Assembly: GCF_001194135.2 (NCBI RefSeq)
Contig: NC_068984.1
Location: forward strand, 132,600,515 to 132,664,514
From: Octopus bimaculoides
Taxonomy: Eukaryota
Reading direction: 5' to 3'
DNA length: 64,000 nt
The notes under the pieces are model-generated. The model made no database searches and had not been told where the DNA came from. It was given only the letters and a program-made list of their open reading frames with translations. Positions 13,601-25,500 of the stretch are shown piece after piece; position 1 is the first letter of the stretch; every line of letters begins with the position of its first letter. The translations under genes were made by a program, and so were the position numbers.

Positions 13601-15898
13601 ATTTTTTCAGGGGCCCTTAAAATACTGTTGTGAATCCCCAATTTACTATTTTGTTACATTAACTCCCAAAAATCTTATATGAACCTTCAGGGGCTATATG
13701 GACCCTGGTTGAGAACCACTATTTTGGAGGAACCCCATTTCGACCACCTGCATTCACAATAATACTGACATAAATTCTCTAAATACAACTACACAAGTGT
13801 TTCTCTTACTTATAAGTAATAAAAAAATCTCCATTTTGCACTTTTAAATTATTCCTAAAAAAAACTTGGAAAAAATACCAAATTGATAGTATTCGATAAT
13901 AATTTTGAAATATATAAGATATAGAAAAAAAGTATACATTACCTCACAACTAAGACTGCGCAGACATGCTTGTCGTACCATACTAAAAACTTTGGGATGG
14001 TGTGGATGTTGGCTGCTCACATAACTAATAGGAACTTCATCATCGTGACTAACAAATCCAGTTTTGACAGAATAACAGCCCTGCAAGTAACAAATTATCC
14101 AGTTTTTAAAAAGATATACAAGTGACAATTAAACAATTATGAAGAACACAAATTTATAATTCATCTCAAAATAAACTGACATGTTAAAACATTTGCATTC
14201 TAATTCGTTTGATCTTTTAACTGGTTTGTATCCAATGGCTTCATGGCCCTGTGGTTAAGAAGTTCGCTTCCCAACCATGTGATTTTGGGTTCAGTCCCAC
14301 TGTGCTTCACCTTGGGCAAGTGCTTTTTGGCATAGATAGTCCTGGGTCAATAAAGTCTTGTAAGTGGATTTAGTAGACATTGTGTGTGTGTGTGTTTGTG
14401 TACACACACATGTAAATTAGTGTTTGTGTGAGTGAGCTTGTACTTCCCCACATGTATTTGTTGGTTATAAACAAGGGCTTCACTGACATGGTGTACAGTG
14501 TTATTTGCTTCTCATCCACCACAAAAGCATGTCTGGCCTTCTTCACATGTGAAATATTTGTAAATATTCTTCTCACTTTCTCCTTTATTATCATTCCCTT
14601 GGCTGTTTTCTCTGCTTCAAGCTACCTGGCTGATATCAACATCTGGTGGTCTGTGTGCTTGTCTACAAACAGTCATGAAACATGGTCCAAAACTTCTAAT
14701 GAACAGCAACTCCCTGAAATTTTCCCTAATGGAACTTAACTGCATGGTATTATTGCATCTGTTCATGCAACAGGCAAGTTTGTTTGGTGATATGTAGTAT
14801 CTTAAGTTTTGTGGCAGAATCTGTTTAGAAATTATGCTCTTTGCTTCTTTTTCAATGAATTGGAAATGGATTTGCAGTGAAGAGAAGGACACAATGAAAT
14901 TAAGCAGGCCTAGGGAGTTCCCCCATTATTATATGTTCCATATTAAATCTGATATTATGTAGGGCATACCGTGTGACTGGCCTTTGTGCCGGTGGCACGT
15001 GAAAGCACCCACTACACTCTCGGAGTGGTTGGCGTTAGGAAGGGCATCCAGCTGTAGAAACTCTGTCAGATCAGACTGGAGCCTGGTGCGGCCTTCTGTT
15101 TTGCCAGTCCTCAGTCAAATCGTCCAACCCATGCTAGCATGGAAAGTGGACGTTAAACAATGATGATGATGATGATTATGTAGAGCATTAAAAGTCTCTT
15201 TGGTTTTTATGACCTTTTCTATGGAAAAGATCAACAAAGAGCATTATCTACATATCTCTGGTATATATGATATGTTGCTTCACTTCAGTTCAACTGGAGT
15301 TAGAGTTGTCAGGATCTTACTGGAAGGTTACTTGTATGTGATGGAGAATTCAAGGGAGCTGAAATTTACTGAGGTGAAGTCTGCTGTAAGTTTGTGCCCT
15401 CTTTCCAGATGTTGTTAGACTTATTGTATGGCTTGTGCTGGAGTGCACATTCAAGTTGAAGGTAAATGATGAGAAATGACATAATAGTCTAGAGATTTTA
15501 CTGAACAAATATCCAATGTTTACATTTAAAAATAAAAGTGAAATATAAAGCAAAGACAGCAAATAAAGAAGAGAGTAAAAAAGAGACAAAATAAAGGGGA
15601 AAGAAAAAAATAGACAGCGTAGAGAAAGAGAAAGAAGGAAGAATATAGAAATAGGAGTAAGATGACATACTTCACAAAGATCTGTCTTCATACTTGTCAC
15701 AGCAGCACTATCAGTAGAAGAAAAAGAACCATGTCTTATGGCTTTTGACCGGTTGTGTAGATGACCAGCACTGACATCAGACAATGCATCCTCATCATCT
15801 ACAGCTCTGTGTTCTTGTGGATGGAAAGATTGTGTGCAATATACAATTCTTGGGCCATGGAGTTCACAGAAGTGACACACAGCTATGATAGCATTCAT
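6004..15898 (-). CDS. FLCN: Folliculin (RagC/D GAP, longin/DENN folds), 9 coding exons, 536 aa
   Basis: Exons 15898-15671, 14080-13943, 12982-12761, 10466-10211, 9842-9715, 9091-8978, 7937-7712, 7151-7049, 6199-6004. All are GT-AG with consistent phases and sum to 1611 nt. Peptides [69 protein letters not shown] and [10 protein letters not shown] match human FLCN as I recall it. Confidence 0.97.
7049..7151 (-). CDS. FLCN: FLCN coding exon 8
   Basis: TTTCAG|(A)[11 protein letters not shown]...[12 protein letters not shown]|GTAAGC, 103 nt, phase 1/2. Confidence 0.95.
7427..7490 (+). repeat. 3' fragment of the same Penelope-like tail
   Basis: GTTAACAACAAACAAGATGAGGACAAATATCCGTCGAATGTAAATAA matches 12560-12605; lacks the CTGATGA/GAAA core. 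Confidence 0.75.
7712..7937 (-). CDS. FLCN: FLCN coding exon 7
   Basis: CTACAG|[27 protein letters not shown]...PDK G|GTAAAA, 226 nt. Confidence 0.94.
8978..9091 (-). CDS. FLCN: FLCN coding exon 6
   Basis: TTACAG|[22 protein letters not shown]...EVLK|GTTTGT, 114 nt. Confidence 0.94.
9715..9842 (-). CDS. FLCN: FLCN coding exon 5 (linker)
   Basis: TTCTAG|(E)TEEGFIKLY...YNLQNVMQ|GTAATT, 128 nt, phase 1/0. Confidence 0.9.
10211..10466 (-). CDS. FLCN: FLCN coding exon 4
   Basis: TATTAG|[10 protein letters not shown]...[12 protein letters not shown]...EAPPTED...ERLE G|GTGAGT, 256 nt, phase 0/1. Confidence 0.94.
10525..10722. repeat. Compound (CA)n/(TA)n/(TG)n microsatellite in FLCN intron 3
   Basis: Direct inspection. 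Confidence 0.95.
10739..10958 (+). mobile_element. Mariner-derived MITE, copy 1
   Basis: TIR GAGGGG..CTGAAAAGTCCCTGGCTTT / AAAGCCAGGAACTTTTCAGC. Confidence 0.8.
11041..11257 (+). mobile_element. Mariner-derived MITE, copy 2
   Basis: TA-flanked TIRs; internal remnant [20 protein letters not shown] matches the mariner transposase C-terminus. Confidence 0.85.
12105..12367 (-). mobile_element. Chimeric tRNA-head / Penelope-like-tail element, left copy
   Basis: tRNA-like head (TAGTGGTTAAGAGC...GAGTTTGATTCC), (AAT)n, then CTGATGAAGGCTG...CAGCTGAAACG tail. Confidence 0.75.
12166..12211 (-). ncRNA. Candidate minimal hammerhead ribozyme motif (Penelope-associated type)
   Basis: GACAC-CUGAUGA-A-GGCUG(10-nt loop)CAGCU-GAAA-CGUU^GUGCU: core, stem II, loopless palindromic ACGU helix III and stem I pairing. 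Activity not shown. Confidence 0.55.
12386..12612 (+). mobile_element. Chimeric tRNA-head / Penelope-like-tail element, right inverted copy
   Basis: Inverted homolog of 12105-12367 with an 18-bp spacer. Confidence 0.75.
12761..12982 (-). CDS. FLCN: FLCN coding exon 3
   Basis: CCACAG|VCPGREGP...QMKAEK|GTAACT, 222 nt. Confidence 0.96.
13377..13721. mobile_element. hAT-like MITE (TTCTCAACC...GGTTGAGAACCACT ends)
   Basis: Terminal motif resembles Charlie-type TIRs; a related copy at 28464-29045 is split by an RTE tail. Confidence 0.55.
13943..14080 (-). CDS. FLCN: FLCN coding exon 2
   Basis: TTGCAG|GCYSVKTGF...RSLSCE|GTAATG, 138 nt, phase 0/0. Confidence 0.95.
15671..15898 (-). CDS. FLCN: FLCN coding exon 1 (76 codons)
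   Basis: ATG at 15898; [10 protein letters not shown]...KTDLCE then GTATGT donor. An acceptor (TTCCAG) at 15918-15920 implies an upstream 5'UTR exon. Confidence 0.95.
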
Positions 15899-18879
15899 TT
15901 TTATAATTTAAAAATATCTGGAATGAAAGATACATACAATGTTACTAAAAAGAAAACTTTAAATATAAATGATTTCTGAATTAGAATCTAGAAAAACACT
16001 TGAATTGCTGACCATATAAGGACAAGCTATACAGGTGTTTTGAGGAGGATTGCAAAAAGTGGGTGAAACAGAAACAATTAAAAGTGGAGGAGGAGGAAAT
16101 GCCATTTCTTTTCAATTCAAAGTTGTTGCACTTGACAATCAGTAAAGCATTCAAGAGTGTCCAGCTCACAAATCTACCAAAAGTAGGACTGGTTATGCAC
16201 ATCTAGTAAAACTACCTGCCTATAGACTGTCACTCATCTATTGGATCAGAGGCATCCTGCTAGATCACACAACTGTTGAGTGTGCTGATTGAGCTCTCTG
16301 TCCAACTCTATCAATTCTGGTAACCAAGGTCTGGGTTTGTCCCCTACATTTTTTCCCTTCCAACAACGTCCACTACTGTGTAGAGGATACCACCCTTCAT
16401 TTGTTCTAACATTCCAAATGCAACTAAGATACTTCATATCAAAGCTGCACTGGGTCCATGAATAGAGACCTCAAAAACATTCTCTAATCTCGTCTTCTTC
16501 AATAACACAAAGACAAATTACAACATATATCAAGAAAACAATATTGTACCTAACCCTTCCTAACCTAGATCAATGCAAATGTTAGGTCACACAATTACTG
16601 AGGATTTCTCCAGGAAACTGCACATCTTCAGCATAGCAAAGACTGGCCTTCCTATTCAGGGTCAGAAAACAGTACAGTCCCCAACAACTCAAATAAATCC
16701 CACAATGAAGTAGTACTTCCACAATGCAGCTGCTACACATTCAGACATCCAAAACAGACCAGCCAACTAAGTGACATGAAATCACTCACCAACACATTCA
16801 ACCTCTAGTCCATAATCATGCTGTATATACTCACTCCACCTTTTCTACTGCTGCAGTAGCCTCTGCTTCACATAGCTGGCTGGTCTTATTCCACTCCACA
16901 ACTCAGACACTTCCAACTTGTATTTCCTTGCCACATCATTTATATTGCATTCAACCCACTTAGTCCAGCTGTTCTCCCCAGAATGTCAACACTTTGAAAT
17001 ACCCTCTCTACCCATGTTTTTCCAGCAAACATCAACTTGCAACTATAAGAACACTAACTATGTACATTTCACCAATTTCAGAGGGTTTGCAAAAACAATG
17101 GGCACATCCCTTCCTTTATACCTCCCACCCTAAAAAGATATATGGGTTTATGTGCAAGCGTATACAATAAGCAGAGAAACAAAACCATTGTTGAAGAGAT
17201 GTAGTATTCATTACAGGCTTATTTTCTTGAGATATGCCAAATGTGCAGTTTCATTCCACTACAAAACTAAGACCCTCACAGAACATTCTCAATGAGATAG
17301 CACATAACAGGGAGTAATCAAATTATGTGGATGAAGCTTGTATGTGAAAAGAGAGGAAGGCATATAGGCTGGTGCTATCAATACAGGAGTATGTATAAGA
17401 CATAACATTAATATAGAATATGATAGAGATAACTTGAACACTGAGATACATCTGAGCATTCCACCAACATACACACTACAATGGAACAATCGGACACGAG
17501 TCTTCTAAACCTAGTGATTAATGGCAAGTATAACCCATAAACTGGCAAATGTATCTAACATCCTAGACATGGTCAAAAGCTTTGCAACAAATAAGCTTTT
17601 ACCAAAATGCTCAAGAATAAAAGACAACTGGCATGTAACGTAGCACAGACCTCCAATGTAGTTGACTGTGAATACTAAAAGAAACCTAATGAATATAGTA
17701 ATAAAGTGTTTGTTTACTATCACCATCATCTAAGAAAAACTGGAGATGAGGGTGATGGGCTAATAATTGACAGGATAAGAGAGATTACCTTTCTAAGGAG
17801 TAGGTCACAAAGATGCGTTTCCATATCTCAAGGTAAAATGCACACAGAAAGAGAGCAATTGCGGAAGTTGGTGAAGCCGGCAGTGCCCAATTGCTGAGTA
17901 ATTTTCTTAGATATGGTTGGGTCTCGCATATGCAAGACTAAAATTCAATCTATGAATATTTTGTACGCAGAACGCTCCTTTGAGGTACTTCCTACGGCCA
18001 TATTGTGTAATTTATTTACATCTGTCTAATTAGATACATGGCATCTGAAGTTCCGTTTTCTGGAACAAGCCCAAATAACATTTTGTTCATTTTAACTCCC
18101 AACGTGTGCATAACAGGAAAACTATCAAACTATAAAATTAGTAAAATTTAAGACTATTTTTGAGTTTTCAAAATCAGTTTAAAGATTTTCCATTTATTTT
18201 GGGTTTCTTTCTTTTTTTTTTTTTTTCCAAATTAAGGTACAAATTCTATATCAATATAAACTTAGTGGTTAATGTTTGCTTTAGTACCCAACTAAAATTA
18301 AAAAGATTAATTCATTCTAGTCATGAAAACATCAATATAAATGTAGATTAGTTTATCGGAATATTACAATACACAACTTAAATAGAGTTTGAAGAATTCA
18401 AAACAATTTTATAACTTCATTATAGTGACGTTTTTTTTCCTTCTTAATTGTTGTTGCAAAAGTTATATAATGTTTGTAATTAAATATTTAATAATGATCA
18501 GTGACACGCGCACATCATCAAACAATTATTTTCCTGCGATTCAATATTGTATATAATCTAACGTTAAGTAAATAACCATGTGCTACCTGAGGTGGTTGAA
18601 TCAAAGCAAATTAACAGAGAAGATAAACACATTATATAGATATATTGACAAAATAAAAAGATTTGGGAGAATGGGAGTGCGTGTTTAAATAATTAAAATA
18701 CACTAAATGAGAATAAGAATAAAGTAATTACCGATATTTTATTTATTAAGATAAAAATATAAATGTTTATCAGTAAAAACAATGGTGACAGTTAATCTAA
18801 CAAACACACTATCTCTATGTTCGAAATAAATCATTTTATCAATCACACGAAGTAAATATATCATAAAAGAAAACAACAT

Positions 18880-19380
18880 GGTTATAGTAAACAATACGAC
18901 AAAGGTAAAAATGTCGGGAAGAGGAGACTGACGGTGAAAAAGGAAACTAGACAAGCTTTGGGAGGAGGTTCTTAAAAACAAAATTAATCGATGTATATAC
19001 AGACCATCAAAAATTGAATGCACTTGTTGTGTTTACAAAGCCGTGTTGGCTAGAACCAATTTAGATATCGGCCACATCCCCGTGATTAATGAACTGGTTG
19101 GCACACGATGAATCACGAGAAACACTCCTGCCATTGCACAAGATATCGTAAAATGCCAAGTTTACTAGAAAGCAGAGTTTTATCCGCTGATGTTTCTAAC
19201 GCTATCTATGATTGGTTGATATTACGAACGTCAGCGTAATACTGACCAATTATAAACGTCGTTTCAAACAGTGAAATGTTTGTATTTGTTTGGTTTTAAA
19301 ATGGTGTCTGCTTGTTGATAAAAGTTTGTCGAAGTGACTACGACAGCTAAGTTTATTATCTGAAACATACTTCAGTTGTC
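18880..19380. promoter_or_regulatory. CpG-enriched putative promoter upstream of FLCN, possibly bidirectional
   Basis: Local CpG enrichment against an AT-rich background; ATTGG at 19211 and CCAAT at 19246; AAAATGG (YY1-like) at 19298. TSS not determined. Confidence 0.5.
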
Positions 19381-19390
19381 CTCTCTCTAA

Positions 19391-19758
19391 GGGAGGCGCA
19401 ACGGTCCAATGGTTAGAGCAGCGGACTCGTGGTCATAGGATCGCGGTTTCGATTCCCAGACCGGGCGTTGTGAGTGTTTATTGAACGAAAACACCTAAAA
19501 GCTCCACGAGGCTTCGGCAGGGGATGGTGGTGAACCCTCACAACTTTCTCTCACTCTTACTTCCTGTTTCTGTTGTGCCTGTAATTCAAAGGGCCAGCCT
19601 TGTCACACTGTGTCACGCTGAATATACCCGAGAACTACGTTAAGGGTACACGTGTCTGTGGAGTGCTCAACCACTTGCACGTTAATTTCACGGGCAGGCT
19701 GTTCCGTTGATCGGATCAACTGGAACCCTCGTCGTCGTAAGCGACGGAGTGCCAACAA
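19391..19758 (+). mobile_element. Full-length tRNA-derived SINE (family A)
   Basis: Same body as 1131-1493; 11-bp TSD CCTCTCTCTAA (19380-19390 and 19759-19769). Confidence 0.92.
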
Positions 19759-20331
19759 CCTCTCTCTAAACTGAATGAAAGTAATTTTCTTATCTGTATT
19801 ACAAATGTATTTCGTAGAAAGTTAAGGAATTATCTTCGGTCTGTGTTATTTATTCACTTTTCTTCGAACATTCTTTATCCTAGTTTCTTTGGAAAACCAT
19901 TTACTTTCTTATTAATGACTTAATTGCGGTATCCTATAATATTTTCACTTTCTTTTACATTATTTTCCTACTTCATTTCTGCCACTTTATTAGTATGTGC
20001 TATGGACTGAACCGTGAAGTCAAATCGGACAACCTGTGGCCTCCGTCAAACATCTGCCTGCGTACACAAAGTTTTCCTAGTCTTTAATAAAGAGCAGTCT
20101 ATTTATTGTCATCCTCTGAGATTCACTTTTTCCCCGTCATAAATCATTGAACTTGTTACCTATTTAAGCTAGATAGACTCGGCTGATTTGAAAGTTGTGA
20201 AAAAAGTCACTGACACCACAAATAACAAGACATTAATCGCCGACCTCTCGACTGGATGTCTGATGAGCTACTTGTGTTCCCTCTCCATCCGATAGGTTTC
20301 TGCATAGTTTCCATTTAACAANNNNNNNNNN

Positions 20332-20430
20332 TAACCTTAACCCCCTAACCGTAACTGTAACCGTAACCCTAAACCCTAACACTAACCCTAAAACCCTAAC
20401 CCTGACCCTAAAACCCTAACCCTAACACCC
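20332..20430 (+). repeat. Degenerate interstitial telomere-like (CCCTAA)n array next to a gap
   Basis: TAACCC, TAACCG, TGACCC and TAAAACCC variants over about 100 bp. Confidence 0.8.
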
Positions 20431-21318
20431 TGGTGAAGATCGTGCGGGTGTTAATATGAAAAATTACCGATTTTTTTTTCTTGTTTTTTCATACAGCAGA
20501 AATTATTCTGAGAAAAAAAAATTTTTCAAAAAAACTTCATTCCTTTACATTTTGCTCCCTTCTTCTGTATCCTTCTACCCGATTGTAAGCCAAAATCTGC
20601 TGGAGTTGCTTGTTTCTGGATAAAACCCCTTAATCCACATTACCTCAGTTCAACAAACTATCATTAACAGGTATCAAATCATTTAGTATATTTCACCATA
20701 ATAGACCAGTACTCTATCCAGGAGAACATCCATCTCAGCTACTTAACCATGAAATTAGGACTTTGTACTGGTTTTAAAACTCTCTTAGGGTTTTGAAAGT
20801 ACTTGATTTCCTCTTTTTTCTCTTTCATTATAAACTTTTCTTTCTTGATGGAACAAGATATTTTTCGTTCTTATTTAGGATAGAGAAAAGTGTTTGAGAT
20901 GCTTAACTTTATGTTTTGCTAACAAACTTTTTGACTAAGTAAATTATGACTTTCATTCTTTACCTCTTTCTTGTGAATGTTTTTAGCAACACTTTACAAA
21001 GTTAAAATAAATGATTCACTAAATAAGTCGTTCTCATAACAACAACTATCAGCCTCACCACCACCAACTATTAGTAAGAAATGAAAATACAATTTGAATC
21101 CTTATTATTCTTTCTTTTTCATGTTGTACAAGTTTAAAAGTGTAACAGGCAGTCTTTTTATGTCTGTTGGAATATAATTTATTTGTTACATAAATAGGAA
21201 AGGTGTTCATGCAATACAATTAATGGAAACAATAAAATGAAACAACATAAGATGGTAAATAATTTCATGGGCGTCTGCCCGTGATATTATTAACCATCTT
21301 ACTAACAATAACTCTGAG

Positions 21319-21676
21319 CACCTTTTCCAACTCCACCTGTCTAACACCCGTGGACATGTTTACAAAGTCAGAAAACAGCACAGCTCCCATGACTTTCGGA
21401 AACACTTTTTCATGCTAAGAGTTGCTGAAGTATGGAACAAACTGCCGGCATCAGTTGTTAGTTATCGGAGCACTGCATCCTTCAAAACTTCCATGCTTCC
21501 TGAGATTCGCTGACACTACACCTGATGTTCTCCCCTCCATACACACGCAAGCATGTATCTGACTCATACACAGTTCACTTTCCAGACATTTGTACAATAC
21601 TGCATATGCTTTATACACACTTTTGACAAGTTGTAGTGCACCTGAGCACTGTATACAATAATTTCATTATTATAAT
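21319..21676 (+). mobile_element. CR1-clade LINE 3' end
   Basis: Translates LFQLHLSNTRGHVYKVRKQHSSHDFRKHFFMLRVAEVWNKLPASVV...SFK, the CR1 ORF2 C-terminal motif; 3'UTR and (ATT)n tail follow. Confidence 0.85.
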
Positions 21677-23345
21677 ATGACACGTAGGGAATGTCTCTGC
21701 AAGCAACTCAATACAAAGGCAAGTATATCAACTAAATATTCAAGTGCCATGACATGTCTTCTTCAATTATCCTAGACTGAATACGCAGCTGTGAAAATAG
21801 CTATTAGGATGCCGTAACACAACTGAACTCTAAACATTCTGAATTGGCAAGAGTGGAGAACCTGGTGGCTTGGACATCTCAATGCTCTGCAAAATTGGCA
21901 GCTAATTTGACTGTATTTAGAGGTTGTGTTCACAGAAAGTTCTTGGTAGGCCACTGAACTATCATGTGAACAATGGCTGTTCATTGAATATTATCTCAAT
22001 TGCACACATGCTGAAACTATAACTGAACTGTGGCTTGAAATTCGTATGTGGCAAAACACAGGATCAAATCTAACACTACAAAAATGTAAACCATCTTTTC
22101 CAATCCTTACAGACCTCCCACTATGAGAGGCACTGCACTAAAGTACTTCCAAGGAAAGACTGCCTTCCAGAAAAGTAAACCCTTACTAATCTCTCTTAGA
22201 ATGGTCTCAGTTCCTAAAATTACCAGACCAATGCTACTCCACCACATTTACTCCCCACCTCCTCATCACTTCAGCTGTATGATCATCCAGCAGCCTTTCA
22301 TTTGTGTGTTAAACAATTTGCCCTATCCCTTATTTCCAGAGCTCATTTCTTCTGGAGCACTATTTCTATCTCAATACTGTTCTAGCCGGTATATCCTCAT
22401 TATCATCCATTTCACACTGGCATGGGTTAGACAGTTTGACAAGGATCTGATAAGTTGAAGGGATGCTTCGTGCTCCACTGTCTGCTTTGGCATGGTTTCT
22501 TCAGCCAGATGCCCTCCTAATACCAACCATTTCACCATGTGTACTGGGTGCGTTTCATGTGCCACTACCACTAGTAAAGTCAGCATGCAGCTTCCAAATC
22601 TTGTAGAGGATTTACATGGCTGCTCACAGTTAGAGGAGAGAATGAGTATATGTTGTGTATATTTACTAGTATCTTGATTTTTCAGGTTTTCCATGAAGTA
22701 ATAATAAATAATTCATAAAAGCGTTCTTTCTTTGTAGAATATTGGTAAATTACAGCTCAGAGTTGGAAAATAACAATATTGAAATTAACGATGCTTCTTC
22801 TTTGGAAACTATGTCAAACATTGATTTGGATAGATATCTCACCTAAAGTGTATTTTCATCCATATTATTGTGACTGAGGATTATTTTATATTGTTATTCA
22901 GTATTTGCCTAAAAGCAAAAACCTGAAAACCATGTTAACATTTTTATAAGATAATATTGGTTTGAATTTTTCATTATCTTTTAAAAATCTGACTTTTGTA
23001 AACTAAATTACTTTATCGAAATAAAGCAAATAAATTTCTCCAGAGTTTTATATTTATTTGGTGTTACACTGAAAATTTATGTCTGTATATTTTTAAATGC
23101 ATGTCATCAAGTTTGTGTGATTCAAGGAGAACAATGTATATTTACCAGTATCTAGATACCGTTTCAACCTTACATTCCTTTAACAGTTATAATGATGTTG
23201 TGTTTACTCATGATACTTGTGTGAACTGAGTCACTTAGTTAAGTGTTTTGGACACGAGATATAGATCATCAGCTGGTTCAACAAAACAATATTGACTCTG
23301 AGGCTGTGGCTCTATACATCTAACATTAGTTTCATATAAATGCAT

Positions 23346-23735
23346 ATCATCATCATTTAACGTCTGTTGTCCATGCTGGCATGGGTTGGACAGTGTGACC
23401 AAAGCTGGAGAGCTGCACTAGACTCCAGTCTGATTTGGCATGGTTTCTACAGCTGGATGCCCTTCCTAATGCCAACCACTTTACGGAGTGTACTGGGTGC
23501 TTTTACATGGCTCTGCCACAAGTGCTTTACACCTACTTCTGCTGTAGGGGTATGGGTCTTCTTGAGTATGGCCAGGTGCCAGGTATCTCGGTCCTTTGTC
23601 ATCTTGTTTGAAAGGTTCAGCATCCTGAGATCGTTCTTCAGTACTTCATCCCATGTCTTCCTGGGTCTCCCACTTCTACGTGTTCCATCCACTTTGAGAA
23701 ATCAGCACTTCTTTATTGAGCTATCCACAACACAC
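23346..23735 (-). mobile_element. RTE-clade LINE 3' end
   Basis: GTRRSGRPRKTWDEVLKNDLRMLNLSNKMTKDRDTW followed by the (GAT)n-tailed 3' UTR. Confidence 0.82.
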
Positions 23736-24739
23736 CATATTTTAGCTAGAACACAGTGATATATTTAAATAAGTCAACTTTACCTTCTGACAATAGCCAA
23801 CCCACACTTGAAGTATTTTGCTATAAGATATTTGGTATGTTAAAACTAAAACTACAGGAAAACACAAAATAAGTTCGTCTGAGGAATAGAATTACTTAGT
23901 AAAGTTATGAAAATTAAAGGATGTTGTAATGTTAATGTGACATATTCACTTATGTATAAGTTGTGATTTTTTTTGCTGACAACTTCAATGAAAAAAAATA
24001 TGAAAAAATTGAGGGATGCAAGAAATTACATCAGTACATCATGTGGATTTATAAAAGCTTTGTGTCAATTTTTCTGATCAAAGTATGGAGTGTGACTGAT
24101 GCACAATAACTACAGATGAATGGTAGGTATTGAAGTTGAGATACTGACTAATTGACTGGCGTTTAGCTGCTGAGTGACATCATATCTAATGAACTAGCTT
24201 ACTGGTACTTGTGCACAAACTGAAATTTTACAGAATAACAAAACATTGATATTAACCCTAATTGTGTATATAGAGAGCTTTCATATCATATTAATGCTGA
24301 TGGAGTAATCAGGTGAAGAGAGAGAGTACTGCGTAAATGACAGTGCTGGCTGAAAGGTAATGTTTCTTTTTGACTCCGTGTGTGTTGTGCTTAAGAACAT
24401 GTTTATATTCTTGAATGTGATAAAGTGTAGAATTAGATTATTATCCTGCTTCCAGCTTCAGTGTTGCTGCCAAGATTTGAAAAATAGGGCACATTTCCCC
24501 CACTTATTTTGTGATTTAGGGGGGATTTTTGAAAAACAAGGGGGAATTTGCAGCGCTGTTCAGTGAACAAATTAAGCACACTACCAAGCAGTGGTTAAAA
24601 TGCGAACCAATCAAGTTTATGCATAAATTTTCTTTTTATATGTTTGTTTCCTTTTACACAATATTAAAACAACGGCTAAGAATTTTCTGAAGCAGTGCCC
24701 CCACTAATTTTATCTACGAGCTACCAATGCTGATATATG

Positions 24740-25500
24740 AAGTTAGACCTTCTCAACAATGAATGATAGTGACCTCGTTATCAGAGCTAGTTTTTTTAAT
24801 GACATGTTAGGTAACACCATCATGGTTTCTCCAGCAAACATGGAGGTTATGGATATGGTGCAAGGAATGAAAAGAGGATAAAGGTTCTTTGAATTTTGTA
24901 ATGTAAATGACCCAAACATTTGCAACACTAACTTCAGGAAAGCAACTAGTGATCTGACCAGGCAAACATGCAAGCCAAATTGACTTACCAGGATACAGGA
25001 TAAACAGATGATTGTGAATTAAGTTTTTTACTGGTGAAGAATGTACCACTCAATTTAGACTATTGAATAAAACAAACTGCTGAACCCAGAGACACAAGAC
25101 AATTCAGAGAAAGAAAATGTGAAAGTTAAAAGATCCCTTTCAAGTGATAAAACATGTCAAGAGTGAGAAAAGACACAAATTTATAACATGGAGGACAACT
25201 AAAAATTTATGAGAGACCGCTTGCTGTGAGCTGTAAACCAGATTTATGGTTGAAGCAAGGTTCCAACCAAATAAAAAGAGATATGGTGGTGGAATGGTAG
25301 AGAAAATAGAGCTATTAAAAGCTAAAAGGCTTAGAATGATTGGAAGAAAGTGGGAAATAGGAAACAATATTAAGTAGCAAGAAGTGAACTACAAATTGTA
25401 CATTGTAAGATAGAGAGAGGCTGAAAGTGAGAGGCTCGCCAACATTCTGTTACAAGAGGATCAAAAGCATGAGTTGTTCTAGATTACAAAACAATGTAAA
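24740..25500 (+). mobile_element. Degraded RTE-type AP-endonuclease fragment
   Basis: Broken frames give HGGYGYGARN and ICNTNFRK motifs typical of RTE/BCNT-like endonucleases. Confidence 0.6.

Noticed and set aside
16240-18110. Possible old LINE or Penelope fragments in the FLCN 5' region
   Set aside because: Only faint motif hints; cannot support family or boundaries
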